Positions 1 to 7,514 of a stretch of DNA of 18,512 nucleotides are shown here, piece by piece. Position 1 is the first letter of the stretch. Every line of letters starts with the position of its first letter. The position numbers and the translations under genes were made by a program. A model generated the notes under the pieces. It did no database searches. It was not told where the DNA came from and saw only the letters and a program-made list of their open reading frames with translations. This stretch comes from Bdellovibrio sp. (GTDB lineage Bacteria > Bdellovibrionota > Bdellovibrionia > Bdellovibrionales > Bdellovibrionaceae): contig JBKCUU010000124.1 in assembly GCA_046318155.1 (NCBI GenBank), positions 1 to 18,512 on the forward strand. The letters run 5' to 3'.

Positions 1-866
1 AGGTTGTGCTTCTTGCAAAGTGCTCGAAGATTATTCAGCTGGTGATCCCCGCCCGCAAAGCGGGGTTGCTCATGATCCACTTCGAGCCCAAAGGTACTTT
101 GACATTGGCGGCCTGATTTTGGATCGACGTACTGGCAATGCTTGTCTCGATGTAAAATCACTTTTCTTGTTCTGGGCGTGAGGCTTTTGTTGACGCGCTT
201 TGACTCCGCGGCGGCAAGAGCCGTCTGTGTTGTTCTATCAAGCATCTTCTTGGCTAAAAACTGATCTGCTAAGTGCTCGATCACCGAGGCCCAATCAAAA
301 TTGTGATTCTTTTGCGACAGCCCATGCACCGCGAGATCCCTGCACTGGCTCAGTTTATCGTACTGAGCCTGCGTGAGCTGGATGGACAAAGAGACGGAGT
401 CTTTTTGAAATCGGGTTCTCTCGGGCTCTTGGATCTCGAGATCCAGGGCTCGTGAGAGTTCTCTTTGGGTCTCAGGCACAGATTTGCCTGCTATTTTTTG
501 AAGGATCTGTTGTTTTTGACCAAGGCTGACTTTTTCACCAGATTGCTTGGCCTTGTCTTTAAGAGCGCGGGAGAGCTCGACAATCTGAGAGAGGTTCAAA
601 TCCCCTGACTCAAGTTGCTCGGCCATCGAGGGGATTTCTTTCAGAAGTCTTGCCGCCTCAAGTCTGCGCATGGCAGCTGAACCCGAATAAGAGAGTTCTT
701 TCACAAGGTATTCAAAAGTAGAAGAATAGGCTCGGTCCAAGTAAATTCGGCGGGTCTCAATCTGCTGAATATGCAAAAGGATCGAGTGAAGGAGCTCCCG
801 CTCCTTGAGAACGAGATCTTTGAGATTGAGTTCAACTTGTTGATTGCTGAGTTTTTGAATTGTCAT
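1..866 (-). CDS. HNH endonuclease with long N-terminal helical region (3' end beyond window)
   Basis: Hand translation from ATG at 866 (SD CAGGAG upstream): MTIQKLSNQQVELNLKDLVLKERELLHSILLHIQQIETRRIYLDRAYSSTFEYLVKELSYSGSAAMRRLEAARLL... Near the window edge it reads VILHRDKHCQYVDPKSGRQCQSTFGLEVDHEQPRFAGGDHQLNNLRALCKKHN, a canonical HNH motif (RD..C..C...LEVDH..P...GG....NLRALC..HN). It is absent from the ORF track because no stop codon lies in the window. Confidence 0.9.
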   Translation of the reverse strand, partial: MTIQKLSNQQVELNLKDLVLKERELLHSILLHIQQIETRRIYLDRAYSSTFEYLVKELSYSGSAAMRRLEAARLLKEIPSMAEQLESGDLNLSQIVELSRALKDKAKQSGEKVSLGQKQQILQKIAGKSVPETQRELSRALDLEIQEPERTRFQKDSVSLSIQLTQAQYDKLSQCRDLAVHGLSQKNHNFDWASVIEHLADQFLAKKMLDRTTQTALAAAESKRVNKSLTPRTRKVILHRDKHCQYVDPKSGRQCQSTFGLEVDHEQPRFAGGDHQLNNLRALCKKHN

Positions 867-1151
867 GATGATCTCCTGTTTTTGATCGAAAAATCGATCT
901 GTCTTGCTTTGGACAAGAAACAAGTATCATGACTTTTCAGAGGTCTTTTTGTGACCTAAGGAGAAGTGGAATTTTAAACCACCTCTAGAGCGCGTAACCT
1001 CATGATTGCGACGAGATCTGGCGAGTGAAGAGAATATTTTGAAAAATCAAAAAACAGGGCAGCTCAAGGAATTCCTGAGCATCAAAAAATGCGTCAATAA
1101 AAAACACACGCTATGCATTGCAAAATGTTTTTCCTTTTTGTTTTTCATCTA

Positions 1152-1193
1152 AAATCCCAAATCCCAAATCTCAAATCCCAAATCCCAAATCTC
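1152..1193. repeat. Heptamer tandem repeat (AAATCCC/AAATCTC) x6
   Basis: AAATCCC AAATCCC AAATCTC AAATCCC AAATCCC AAATCTC, i.e. two copies of a 21-bp higher-order unit. Confidence 0.95.
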
Positions 1194-1338
1194 ATCGACG
1201 AGGACACGTCAGTTTTCTTGAAGACCTGAGGTCAGATAAATGTAGCATTTGATCTTGTGCTTTCTGTACCGAGCAGCCAGATGCAGCTGCTCGCGCGCTA
1301 TTGACCGGAGGACCGAGGACGTGAGGCTTGTCTTAAAA

Positions 1339-1377
1339 CTCAATCTGCATCCTCAATCTGCATCCTCAATCTGCATC
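1339..1377. repeat. 13-bp tandem repeat CTCAATCTGCATC x3
   Basis: Three perfect copies at 1339, 1352 and 1365, with no spacers. Confidence 0.95.
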
Positions 1378-1543
1378 TTGGGCAACCGTCAACTTGGGCC
1401 CCCGTGAAGTGTCACTTGGATAGATGTTAGACAGCAAAAATGCCTCGCAAGGCCGTTACAAGCTGGCCCCAGTTTCGCTTGGTAGGCCACGGCTGACCTC
1501 GACGGGTTTGCCTGTGGTTTGCTGGCCAGTAGGGAGAAGACAG

Positions 1544-2803
1544 ATGATGAAGAGATCAATTACCGCCATGTTTCTCGTAACTTCGGTCATGGCACTCAAA
1601 GCAAATGCGTCCGTTTGGGAGGCCACTGAAAAATGGGACATGGCTCACGAGGCTCGCTTTGGTCAGTGGATCAAAACAATGTCACCCGATGTCTTTTCAA
1701 ACCCCAGTTCTAAGTACTATGGCATCGCGACTGACTGCGCGGATGCCGCCTACACGCTAAGAACTATCTTTGCTTACGAGAATCGTCTCCCAGTCAAATT
1801 TCAAAACAACGAGCGTATGTCAAACACCTCGAACGCCTATGACTCGATTGCCAACGAATGGGAACGCGTGAAGAGATTCATCAGACGTTTGAATTATGAC
1901 ACCGGTACTTATTCACTTCCGGGCGACACCTACCCGGTCGCGATTAACCGATCCAACATCCGCGCGGGCATTATGTTCGTGCACGCTTCATCGGGCGCAG
2001 ATGTTCCGGTAACTTACCGTGCGGGCCACGTTTACTACCTTCAAGATGTGCGCGAAAACGGGCAAATCAAATACATCAGCTCGACCGTTCCCCAAGCCGT
2101 CCGCGAACTTGGCGTACGAATTGGGATTCAGTTTGCGCCACAAGAAAAAAGTTCGGGCTACCGTGCCTGGAAATGGCCGGATTCGAATGACCGCCCTGGC
2201 TATAGCGAAGAGCAGTACGCGATGGGCGGTTGGCGTGCAAAGGCCTACGGCGACGGCGAACTTTGGGACCGATGGCAAGAAGCGGTTCAATCACGCATCC
2301 GAACTCGCCACGTCACACCTCAAGAAGAGTTCCTTGGTTCAGCCGAGAACCTCCGCTCAGCTCTTCGTGAACGGGCTTCAGCCGTTATGCGTGGTTGGAA
2401 TTTGTACCGCAAGAACTACCAATCGGGCACCTGCATGAACATCTCGGATTACGACGACCACTCAACGCCGACTCGTGACGTGAAAATCCAAAATGAATTG
2501 CAAAACTTCGAAGCCGCAGCAAAAAAATGGGTTCTGTCGGATTATAAAGCCATGAAGCAGTCGTTCTTTGACACTGAAGAGACGCGCTTGCAACGTTTGT
2601 ACAACTCGTTTCAAGTCGAAGTGATTTCGGGTCGCCGTCTTGGCTTTACCACTTTGTACGACCTGTTTATGACGACCAAAGTTCTTGAAATTAGTGAGCC
2701 CGAGCATTCTCCTGAAGTTCGCTGGGGGCTGCAGAGCCAAGGACGCTGGGTCTGCCCTCACCGGGCAAAACAATACCGCGGTGGACACCTCGTTGCTCAG
2801 TAA
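1544..2803 (+). CDS. Secreted hypothetical protein, possible papain-like (NlpC/P60-type) Cys-His hydrolase
   Basis: Long ORF. The likely start is ATG 1544 (GGGAGA SD, then signal peptide MMKRSITAMFLVTSVMALKANA/S) rather than 1424. It contains TDCADAAY and AGHVYY motifs and is followed by a terminator. The function is inference. Confidence 0.8.
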   Translation: MMKRSITAMFLVTSVMALKANASVWEATEKWDMAHEARFGQWIKTMSPDVFSNPSSKYYGIATDCADAAYTLRTIFAYENRLPVKFQNNERMSNTSNAYDSIANEWERVKRFIRRLNYDTGTYSLPGDTYPVAINRSNIRAGIMFVHASSGADVPVTYRAGHVYYLQDVRENGQIKYISSTVPQAVRELGVRIGIQFAPQEKSSGYRAWKWPDSNDRPGYSEEQYAMGGWRAKAYGDGELWDRWQEAVQSRIRTRHVTPQEEFLGSAENLRSALRERASAVMRGWNLYRKNYQSGTCMNISDYDDHSTPTRDVKIQNELQNFEAAAKKWVLSDYKAMKQSFFDTEETRLQRLYNSFQVEVISGRRLGFTTLYDLFMTTKVLEISEPEHSPEVRWGLQSQGRWVCPHRAKQYRGGHLVAQ

Positions 2804-2830
2804 TCACCCCTCGTGTTGATCATGTCCAAA

Positions 2831-2860
2831 ATAAAAAAGGCCCCCGAAGGCCTTTTTTAT
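2831..2860. terminator. Bidirectional intrinsic terminator
   Basis: ATAAAAAAGGCC-CCCGAA-GGCCTTTTTTAT between convergent genes ending at 2803 and 2880. Confidence 0.85.
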
Positions 2861-2879
2861 TCTTGTGCTTGGGCTCTTT

Positions 2880-3143
2880 TTAGTGGCGTGTGCAGATCAG
2901 AGTCGACTCTGCCGAGTCAGTCAAACGAACAACGACTTCGAGTTCGGGTCCGAACCACGAGTTGTCGACCAATTCTACCAAATCGTCATCGAACCAAATC
3001 TCAAGATCTCCGTCGGTCGTGCGGCTGACGTGAGCCTGCAAAATAAGTTCGTCTTGGATACTTTCACAGCGATAGGCACCCTCGCGAGCAAAGACCTCAT
3101 TCACAGACAAAAAAATGAGAGAAAACAAAACAAAGGCCTTCAT
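2880..3143 (-). CDS. Small secreted hypothetical protein (87 aa)
   Basis: ATG at 3143 with AGGAAG SD. Signal peptide MKAFVLFSLIFLSVNEVFA; acidic mature part with one Cys near each end (YRC...LIC); ends at the shared terminator. Confidence 0.7.
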   Translation of the reverse strand: MKAFVLFSLIFLSVNEVFAREGAYRCESIQDELILQAHVSRTTDGDLEIWFDDDLVELVDNSWFGPELEVVVRLTDSAESTLICTRH

Positions 3144-3205
3144 GAGCACTTCCTGGCTTGAGCGTTGAGAGATGCCATTTTATAGAAGACTCAAGACAAA
3201 ATGGC

Positions 3206-3237
3206 AAAAAAAAAGACCGGTTTGCACCGGCCTTTTT
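3206..3237 (-). terminator. Intrinsic terminator downstream of rpsA
   Basis: On the minus strand: AAAAAGGCCGG-TGCAAA-CCGGTCTTTTTTTTT. A second hairpin, CCCCTGCC-GTC-GGTAGGGG, lies at about 3273-3291. Confidence 0.8.
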
Positions 3238-3303
3238 CAAGTTTGAAATTAATCTCTTTAGAACTTGAGGGGCCCCTACCGACGGCAGGGGGTTCAGCAG
3301 CGA

Positions 3304-5106
3304 TTAGGCTTCGTCTTTTTTCGGAGCGTTTTTGAGTTGCTCTGCAAACAGATCACCCAAAGTCGACTTCGAAGTCGAAGTTGCCTTTTTCACGTAGTCT
3401 TCAACATCGGCTTTTGATTCTCGCAACTTCACCAGTTTGGCAGACAAACCGATTTTACGAGCGTCTTTATCGATGCTGATGACTTCCGCCTTCAAAACAG
3501 TACCGACTTTAACAACGTCTTCAGGCCTGTTCACACGGTCAACCGAGATTTCGGAGATGTGGATCAGACCTTCGATGTCGGCCTCAAGCTCGACGAACAC
3601 GCCGAAGTCTGCAGTCTTCGTGATTTTCACGTCATGCTGAGTTCCGACTTGGTATTTGGCTTCGATGTTGTGCCAAGGATCGCCCTCAAGTTGTTTTACG
3701 CCGAGCGAGAAACGTTCATTCTCGATATCAACGCCCAAAACAACCGCGCGGACCTTTTGTCCTTTCGCGAACATTTCGCTGGGGTGATTCACGCGTTTCG
3801 TCCAAGAGAAATCAGAAATGTGGACGAGACCGTCGATGCCGTCTTCCACGCCGATGAACACGCCGAAATCAGTCACTGATTTCACTTCGCCTTCAATGAT
3901 CGTTCCGGGAGCGTAAGTATCTTTCATTTCAACCCAAGGATTGGCTTGCAACTGTTTCATGCCCAAGCTGATGCGGCGGTTTTCAGTGTCGACTTCCAAA
4001 ACTTGGACTTCAACTTCATCACCCACGTTCACAACTTGCGAAGGATGTTTAACACGTTTTGTCCAGCTCATTTCAGAGACGTGGATCAACCCTTCAACAC
4101 CATCAGACAATTCGATGAACGCACCGTACTCAGCCAGTGAAACCACCTTGCCTTTGAGTTTCGCGCCAACCGGGAATCCCGCTTTAACTGTTTCCCAAGG
4201 ATCAGTTTGCAGTTGTTTGAGGCCCAAAGAAACGCGTTCTTTTTCGTTGTCGAATTTAAGAACTTTAACTTGGATTTCGTCACCCACAGCGATCATCTCA
4301 GAAGGATGCTTAATGCGTCCCCACGACATGTCTGTGATGTGCAAGAGGCCGTCCATACCGCCGAGGTCAATAAACGCACCGTAATCAGTGATGTTCTTAA
4401 CCAAACCAGCAACGACTGATCCTTCTTTGATCTGATCCAGAGTTTGAGTGCGAAGTGTTTCGCGCTCTTCTTCAAGCAAAGCACGGCGAGACAACACGAT
4501 GTTGCCGCGTTTTTTGTTGAACTTAATCACCTTGAATTTGTATTTCTTGCCGATGTAAACGTCCATATTTCGTACGGGACGCAAATCGATTTGAGAACCA
4601 GGCAAAAATGCCGTGACGCCGATATCGACGCTCAAGCCACCTTTGACTTTTGCAATCACTGTTCCTTCGATGACTTCTTCGTTCTCAGCAGCTTTAGAAA
4701 TATCGTTCCACGCGCGCATCATGTCCGCTTTGTTTTTAGACAAACCGATCATGCCGTTTTCGTTTTCGATACGGTCGATGAGGACCTCAACTGTGTTGCC
4801 CGGTTTTACGGCGCGAACGCCATCCACAACGCGGAATTCGTTGATTGGAATCAGGCCTTCAGATTTGTAGTTGATGTCGACCAGAACATAGTCGCTTTGA
4901 ACTTCAACGACTTTACCAGTGACGATGTCACCCATTTTAAAGTCTTGATCTTTTACGCTCTCAGTAAAGAGCTTTTCGAATTCACCACCGGCCTTCTCAT
5001 TTTGGTCACCGGGATTTGCAGGAACGTCTTTGTCAGCTTGATCTAGAAATGCCAGGACTTTTTGGCGCTCAAGCTGAGCTTTAGATTGTTGATTGCTCAT
5101 ATTCAA
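3304..5106 (-). CDS. rpsA: 30S ribosomal protein S1
   Basis: Six S1 repeats (e.g. KSEGLIPINEF, AFLPGSQIDLRP, YGAFIDLGGMDGLLHITDMSW, VEGLIHVSEMSW) and a C-terminal TLGDLF. Strong SD GAGGAGG at 5113-5119; the start is TTG 5106 or ATG 5100. Confidence 0.98.
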   Translation of the reverse strand: MNMSNQQSKAQLERQKVLAFLDQADKDVPANPGDQNEKAGGEFEKLFTESVKDQDFKMGDIVTGKVVEVQSDYVLVDINYKSEGLIPINEFRVVDGVRAVKPGNTVEVLIDRIENENGMIGLSKNKADMMRAWNDISKAAENEEVIEGTVIAKVKGGLSVDIGVTAFLPGSQIDLRPVRNMDVYIGKKYKFKVIKFNKKRGNIVLSRRALLEEERETLRTQTLDQIKEGSVVAGLVKNITDYGAFIDLGGMDGLLHITDMSWGRIKHPSEMIAVGDEIQVKVLKFDNEKERVSLGLKQLQTDPWETVKAGFPVGAKLKGKVVSLAEYGAFIELSDGVEGLIHVSEMSWTKRVKHPSQVVNVGDEVEVQVLEVDTENRRISLGMKQLQANPWVEMKDTYAPGTIIEGEVKSVTDFGVFIGVEDGIDGLVHISDFSWTKRVNHPSEMFAKGQKVRAVVLGVDIENERFSLGVKQLEGDPWHNIEAKYQVGTQHDVKITKTADFGVFVELEADIEGLIHISEISVDRVNRPEDVVKVGTVLKAEVISIDKDARKIGLSAKLVKLRESKADVEDYVKKATSTSKSTLGDLFAEQLKNAPKKDEA

Positions 5107-5218
5107 AAAAAACCTCCTCGTGGAAAGAAAACTTGCCGCTTGTCCAAGGCCCGCAAATTCCCTATCCGATTATTTTCCTTGTCGAATTCGGAATTGAATG
5201 TCGCAAAGATTGGAGGTT

Positions 5219-5247
5219 TGAATAACGAGCCCAGAGGCCCAGGTCAA
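5219..5247 (-). promoter_or_regulatory. Candidate sigma70 promoter for rpsA
   Basis: On the minus strand: TTGACC-N17-TATTCA, about 110 nt upstream of the start. Good -35, imperfect -10. Confidence 0.4.
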
Positions 5248-5394
5248 AGGATTTTGTCGGCCCCCAGAAGGGGGCCGGCATCAGGCACCACCACACAGCA
5301 AAAATGGGCGTCAAGTCTCGTATATTTGAATAGACTGAAGCTGCTGGTTCGAAGCTGCTGGGCCTCACAAAGAGCGGGGCAGACGTCCCGCATC

Positions 5395-6402
5395 CTAGTA
5401 CAGTTTTTTTAGATCCATGCCCGCATACAAGCTGGCCACTTCTTTTTCATACCCGTTAAACTTGAGTGTCTTGATTCGAGTTGGAAAAATTTTGCCATCG
5501 AGCACACGCTCGCTCGACTGACTCCAACGAGGATGATCGACCTCTGGGTTGACGTTGGCTAAAAAGCCATACTCTTTGGGCGCAAGCTGATTCCATAACG
5601 TCTTGGGCTCTCGATCGGCAAACTCAATCTTAACGATCGACTTGATGCTTTTAAAACCGTACTTCCAGGGGACAACCAAGCGCAAAGGTGCACCATTTTG
5701 CTGAGGCATCGGCTTTCCGTAAAGGCCGGTCGCCAGCAACGTCAGCGGGTGCATCGCTTCACTCAGCAAAAGCCCTTCGGTGTAAGGCCAAGGGTAGTAG
5801 GGCATTTTTTTGATGTTCGGAAAGTGCTCGGGATGACCATACGACGTGAAGGCCACGTACTTCGCCGTACTTTTGGGTTTCAGTTTTGGAATGAGCTTGG
5901 CCAACTCAAACCCCGTCCAGGGAACAACCATAGACCACGCTTCCACGCAGCGAAATCGGTAAATACGCTCTTCAAGGCCGCCGCCCAGTTTGATGAGCTC
6001 ATCAAGCGTGTAGGTTTTTTTTTCATCGGTTAAACCCGTCACTTCGATCGTCCAGGGATTTTGCGGCGTCCACTTTTGAGCGAGCTCCTTGGGTTCATCT
6101 TTTTCAAGACTAAACTCATAAAAATTATTGTAACTTGTCGCCAGCTTTTCTTGAGTCAAGGGCCGGTCTGCACTTTGCGGGTTGTAAAGTGAGTTGAGTT
6201 TGGCTGGCAAATTCTGCACGGGGCTCGGGGGCGGAGTGGATGCCGTTTTACCAAAGAGTTTTTCAGGAAGCATCGAAGACAAACCTGCGGCTGCAATCCA
6301 CAATCCTGATTGACCAATAAAACGCCGGCGATTTTCATAAATGATCTCGGGAGTGATGTCGCGCTCGCCGAGCTTGGTTTGAAAAAGTTTTTGTTTGGAC
6401 AT
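5395..6402 (-). CDS. msrP: Protein-methionine-sulfoxide reductase catalytic subunit (molybdoenzyme, Tat-exported)
   Basis: DITPE..YENRRRF Tat signal, SYNNFYEF, EERIYRFRCVEAWSMVVPW, QNGAPLRLVVPWKYGFKSIKSIVKI, ANVNPEVDHPRWSQ and FNGY..EVASLYAGMDL. Start placed at ATG 6402 (GGAGG SD). Confidence 0.97.
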   Translation of the reverse strand: MSKQKLFQTKLGERDITPEIIYENRRRFIGQSGLWIAAAGLSSMLPEKLFGKTASTPPPSPVQNLPAKLNSLYNPQSADRPLTQEKLATSYNNFYEFSLEKDEPKELAQKWTPQNPWTIEVTGLTDEKKTYTLDELIKLGGGLEERIYRFRCVEAWSMVVPWTGFELAKLIPKLKPKSTAKYVAFTSYGHPEHFPNIKKMPYYPWPYTEGLLLSEAMHPLTLLATGLYGKPMPQQNGAPLRLVVPWKYGFKSIKSIVKIEFADREPKTLWNQLAPKEYGFLANVNPEVDHPRWSQSSERVLDGKIFPTRIKTLKFNGYEKEVASLYAGMDLKKLY

Positions 6403-6467
6403 GAAGCCTCCGCTTTCAGCCATTGCTTTCGCTTCTCAGGCTTCAGGAATCATGGCATGCTGTCAAC

Positions 6468-7085
6468 ATGGCAAAAACGAAGATGATTCGCTGGGTCTTG
6501 CGACTCGGTATTTGGGCTTGGGTTTTTTATTGGATCTCTGGAATTTTCTGGAAGGATCTTGGCGCCTCCCCCGCACTCAGCCTCAACCATGAGATGGGCG
6601 AAATCGCTTTGATCTTGTTGACCGGCAATTTACTGCTCGGAATTTTGCTCGATCTGGTCAAACCGACACCGACTTGGATTCGAATGTGGATCTTGGAGCG
6701 GCGGTTTTGGGGCGTCTCAAGTTTTTTTGTTTTGTTCTTTCATGTGGGTTTTTATTTTTTGAATGAAGGCTTTGAGTTGAAAGCTTGGACACAGGTTTAC
6801 ACCAAAAATTATCTGATTTTCGGTGCTCTGGCTTTTACGCTCCTCGCGGCCCTCGCGGTCACATCGAATAACTGGAGCATCCGGGTTCTTAAAGGCAAAC
6901 GTTGGAAGCATTTGCACCGCCTGGTGTACCTGGCTCAGTTTTTTATTTTAATCCACCTGCTTCTGATCGAAAAGGCGGACCTCGTGAAATATTCGATTTG
7001 GGTAGGCGGACTTTGTTTGTTGCAAGCCTCACGCTGGATTTATGCGTGGATCCGCCAAAGCCAAAGAAAGAAGAGCTCGATATGA
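6468..7085 (+). CDS. msrQ: Heme-binding membrane subunit of MsrPQ (ferric-reductase-like transmembrane domain)
   Basis: About six hydrophobic segments with RRFWGVSSFFVLFFHVGFY and LAALAVTSN..SIR.L.GKRWKHLHRLVYLA....LIH motifs; adjacent to msrP. Start uncertain (ATG 6468 or 6483; no clear SD). Confidence 0.88.
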   Translation: MAKTKMIRWVLRLGIWAWVFYWISGIFWKDLGASPALSLNHEMGEIALILLTGNLLLGILLDLVKPTPTWIRMWILERRFWGVSSFFVLFFHVGFYFLNEGFELKAWTQVYTKNYLIFGALAFTLLAALAVTSNNWSIRVLKGKRWKHLHRLVYLAQFFILIHLLLIEKADLVKYSIWVGGLCLLQASRWIYAWIRQSQRKKSSI

Positions 7086-7479
7086 ACGAAAACTTCTTGT
7101 TTCGCTTTTCGTCGCACCTACAACACCACTTTGCGGAATGGGCTTCGATGGCTTTGGACCTGCCGCAATCAACCAATCGTTTCCTTTTTTGAAAGCTTCA
7201 ATTCGAACTTCGCGGTCGCCAAAAATTGTATTCATAAACTGCAAGAACTTTTCAATATTCTCGAGGAGAATTTGCTGAGCTCAGCTCGACGTTTCTCATG
7301 TCGTTGCAGGCCTTTTGACGCTTTTAAGGAATTGCGCAGGTCTTTTTCCCTCGAGAAACACGTCTGGCTCGCCCGACTTCGGACTAAGAAATTCGATTTT
7401 CTCGAGGTGAACTGGGCCTCCGCCTTAGACCGAAAGTCTAAATTGTGTGCAAAGAGAGCACTTCCGTTCTCAAGTCCTG

Positions 7480-7506
7480 TCAATTCCTTCGCTAGCCTGT
7501 CGATCA
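7480..7506 (+). promoter_or_regulatory. Candidate sigma28 (FliA) promoter for flagellin
   Basis: TCAA-N15-GTCGATCA compared with the consensus TAAA-N15-GCCGATAA; about 330 nt upstream of fliC. Confidence 0.55.
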
Positions 7507-7514
7507 GTCGTGAG

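Noticed and set aside
1152..1377. Tandem repeats near an HNH gene read as a CRISPR-like array
   Set aside because: The units are 7 and 13 bp, directly adjacent with no unique spacers, and no cas genes are present.
1481..1530. Minus-strand GGCAAACCCGTCGA resembling the start of a c-di-GMP-I riboswitch
   Set aside because: It lacks the following GAAA-loop stem closure and the GACGCAAA segment, and it faces away from the adjacent gene.
1424..1543. 40-aa N-terminal extension given by the ORF track
   Set aside because: The SD and signal peptide fit ATG 1544; the extension would bury the signal peptide.
3437..5046. Several plus-strand ORFs up to 200 aa inside rpsA, and similar antisense ORFs inside other genes
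   Set aside because: Shadow ORFs of strongly codon-biased genes, with no recognisable motifs.
5255..5361. Strong hairpin TGTCGGCCCCC/GGGGGCCGGCA and a GAAGCTGCTGG direct repeat between msrP and rpsA
   Set aside because: Both are real, but the hairpin has no U tract on either strand and no function can be supported.
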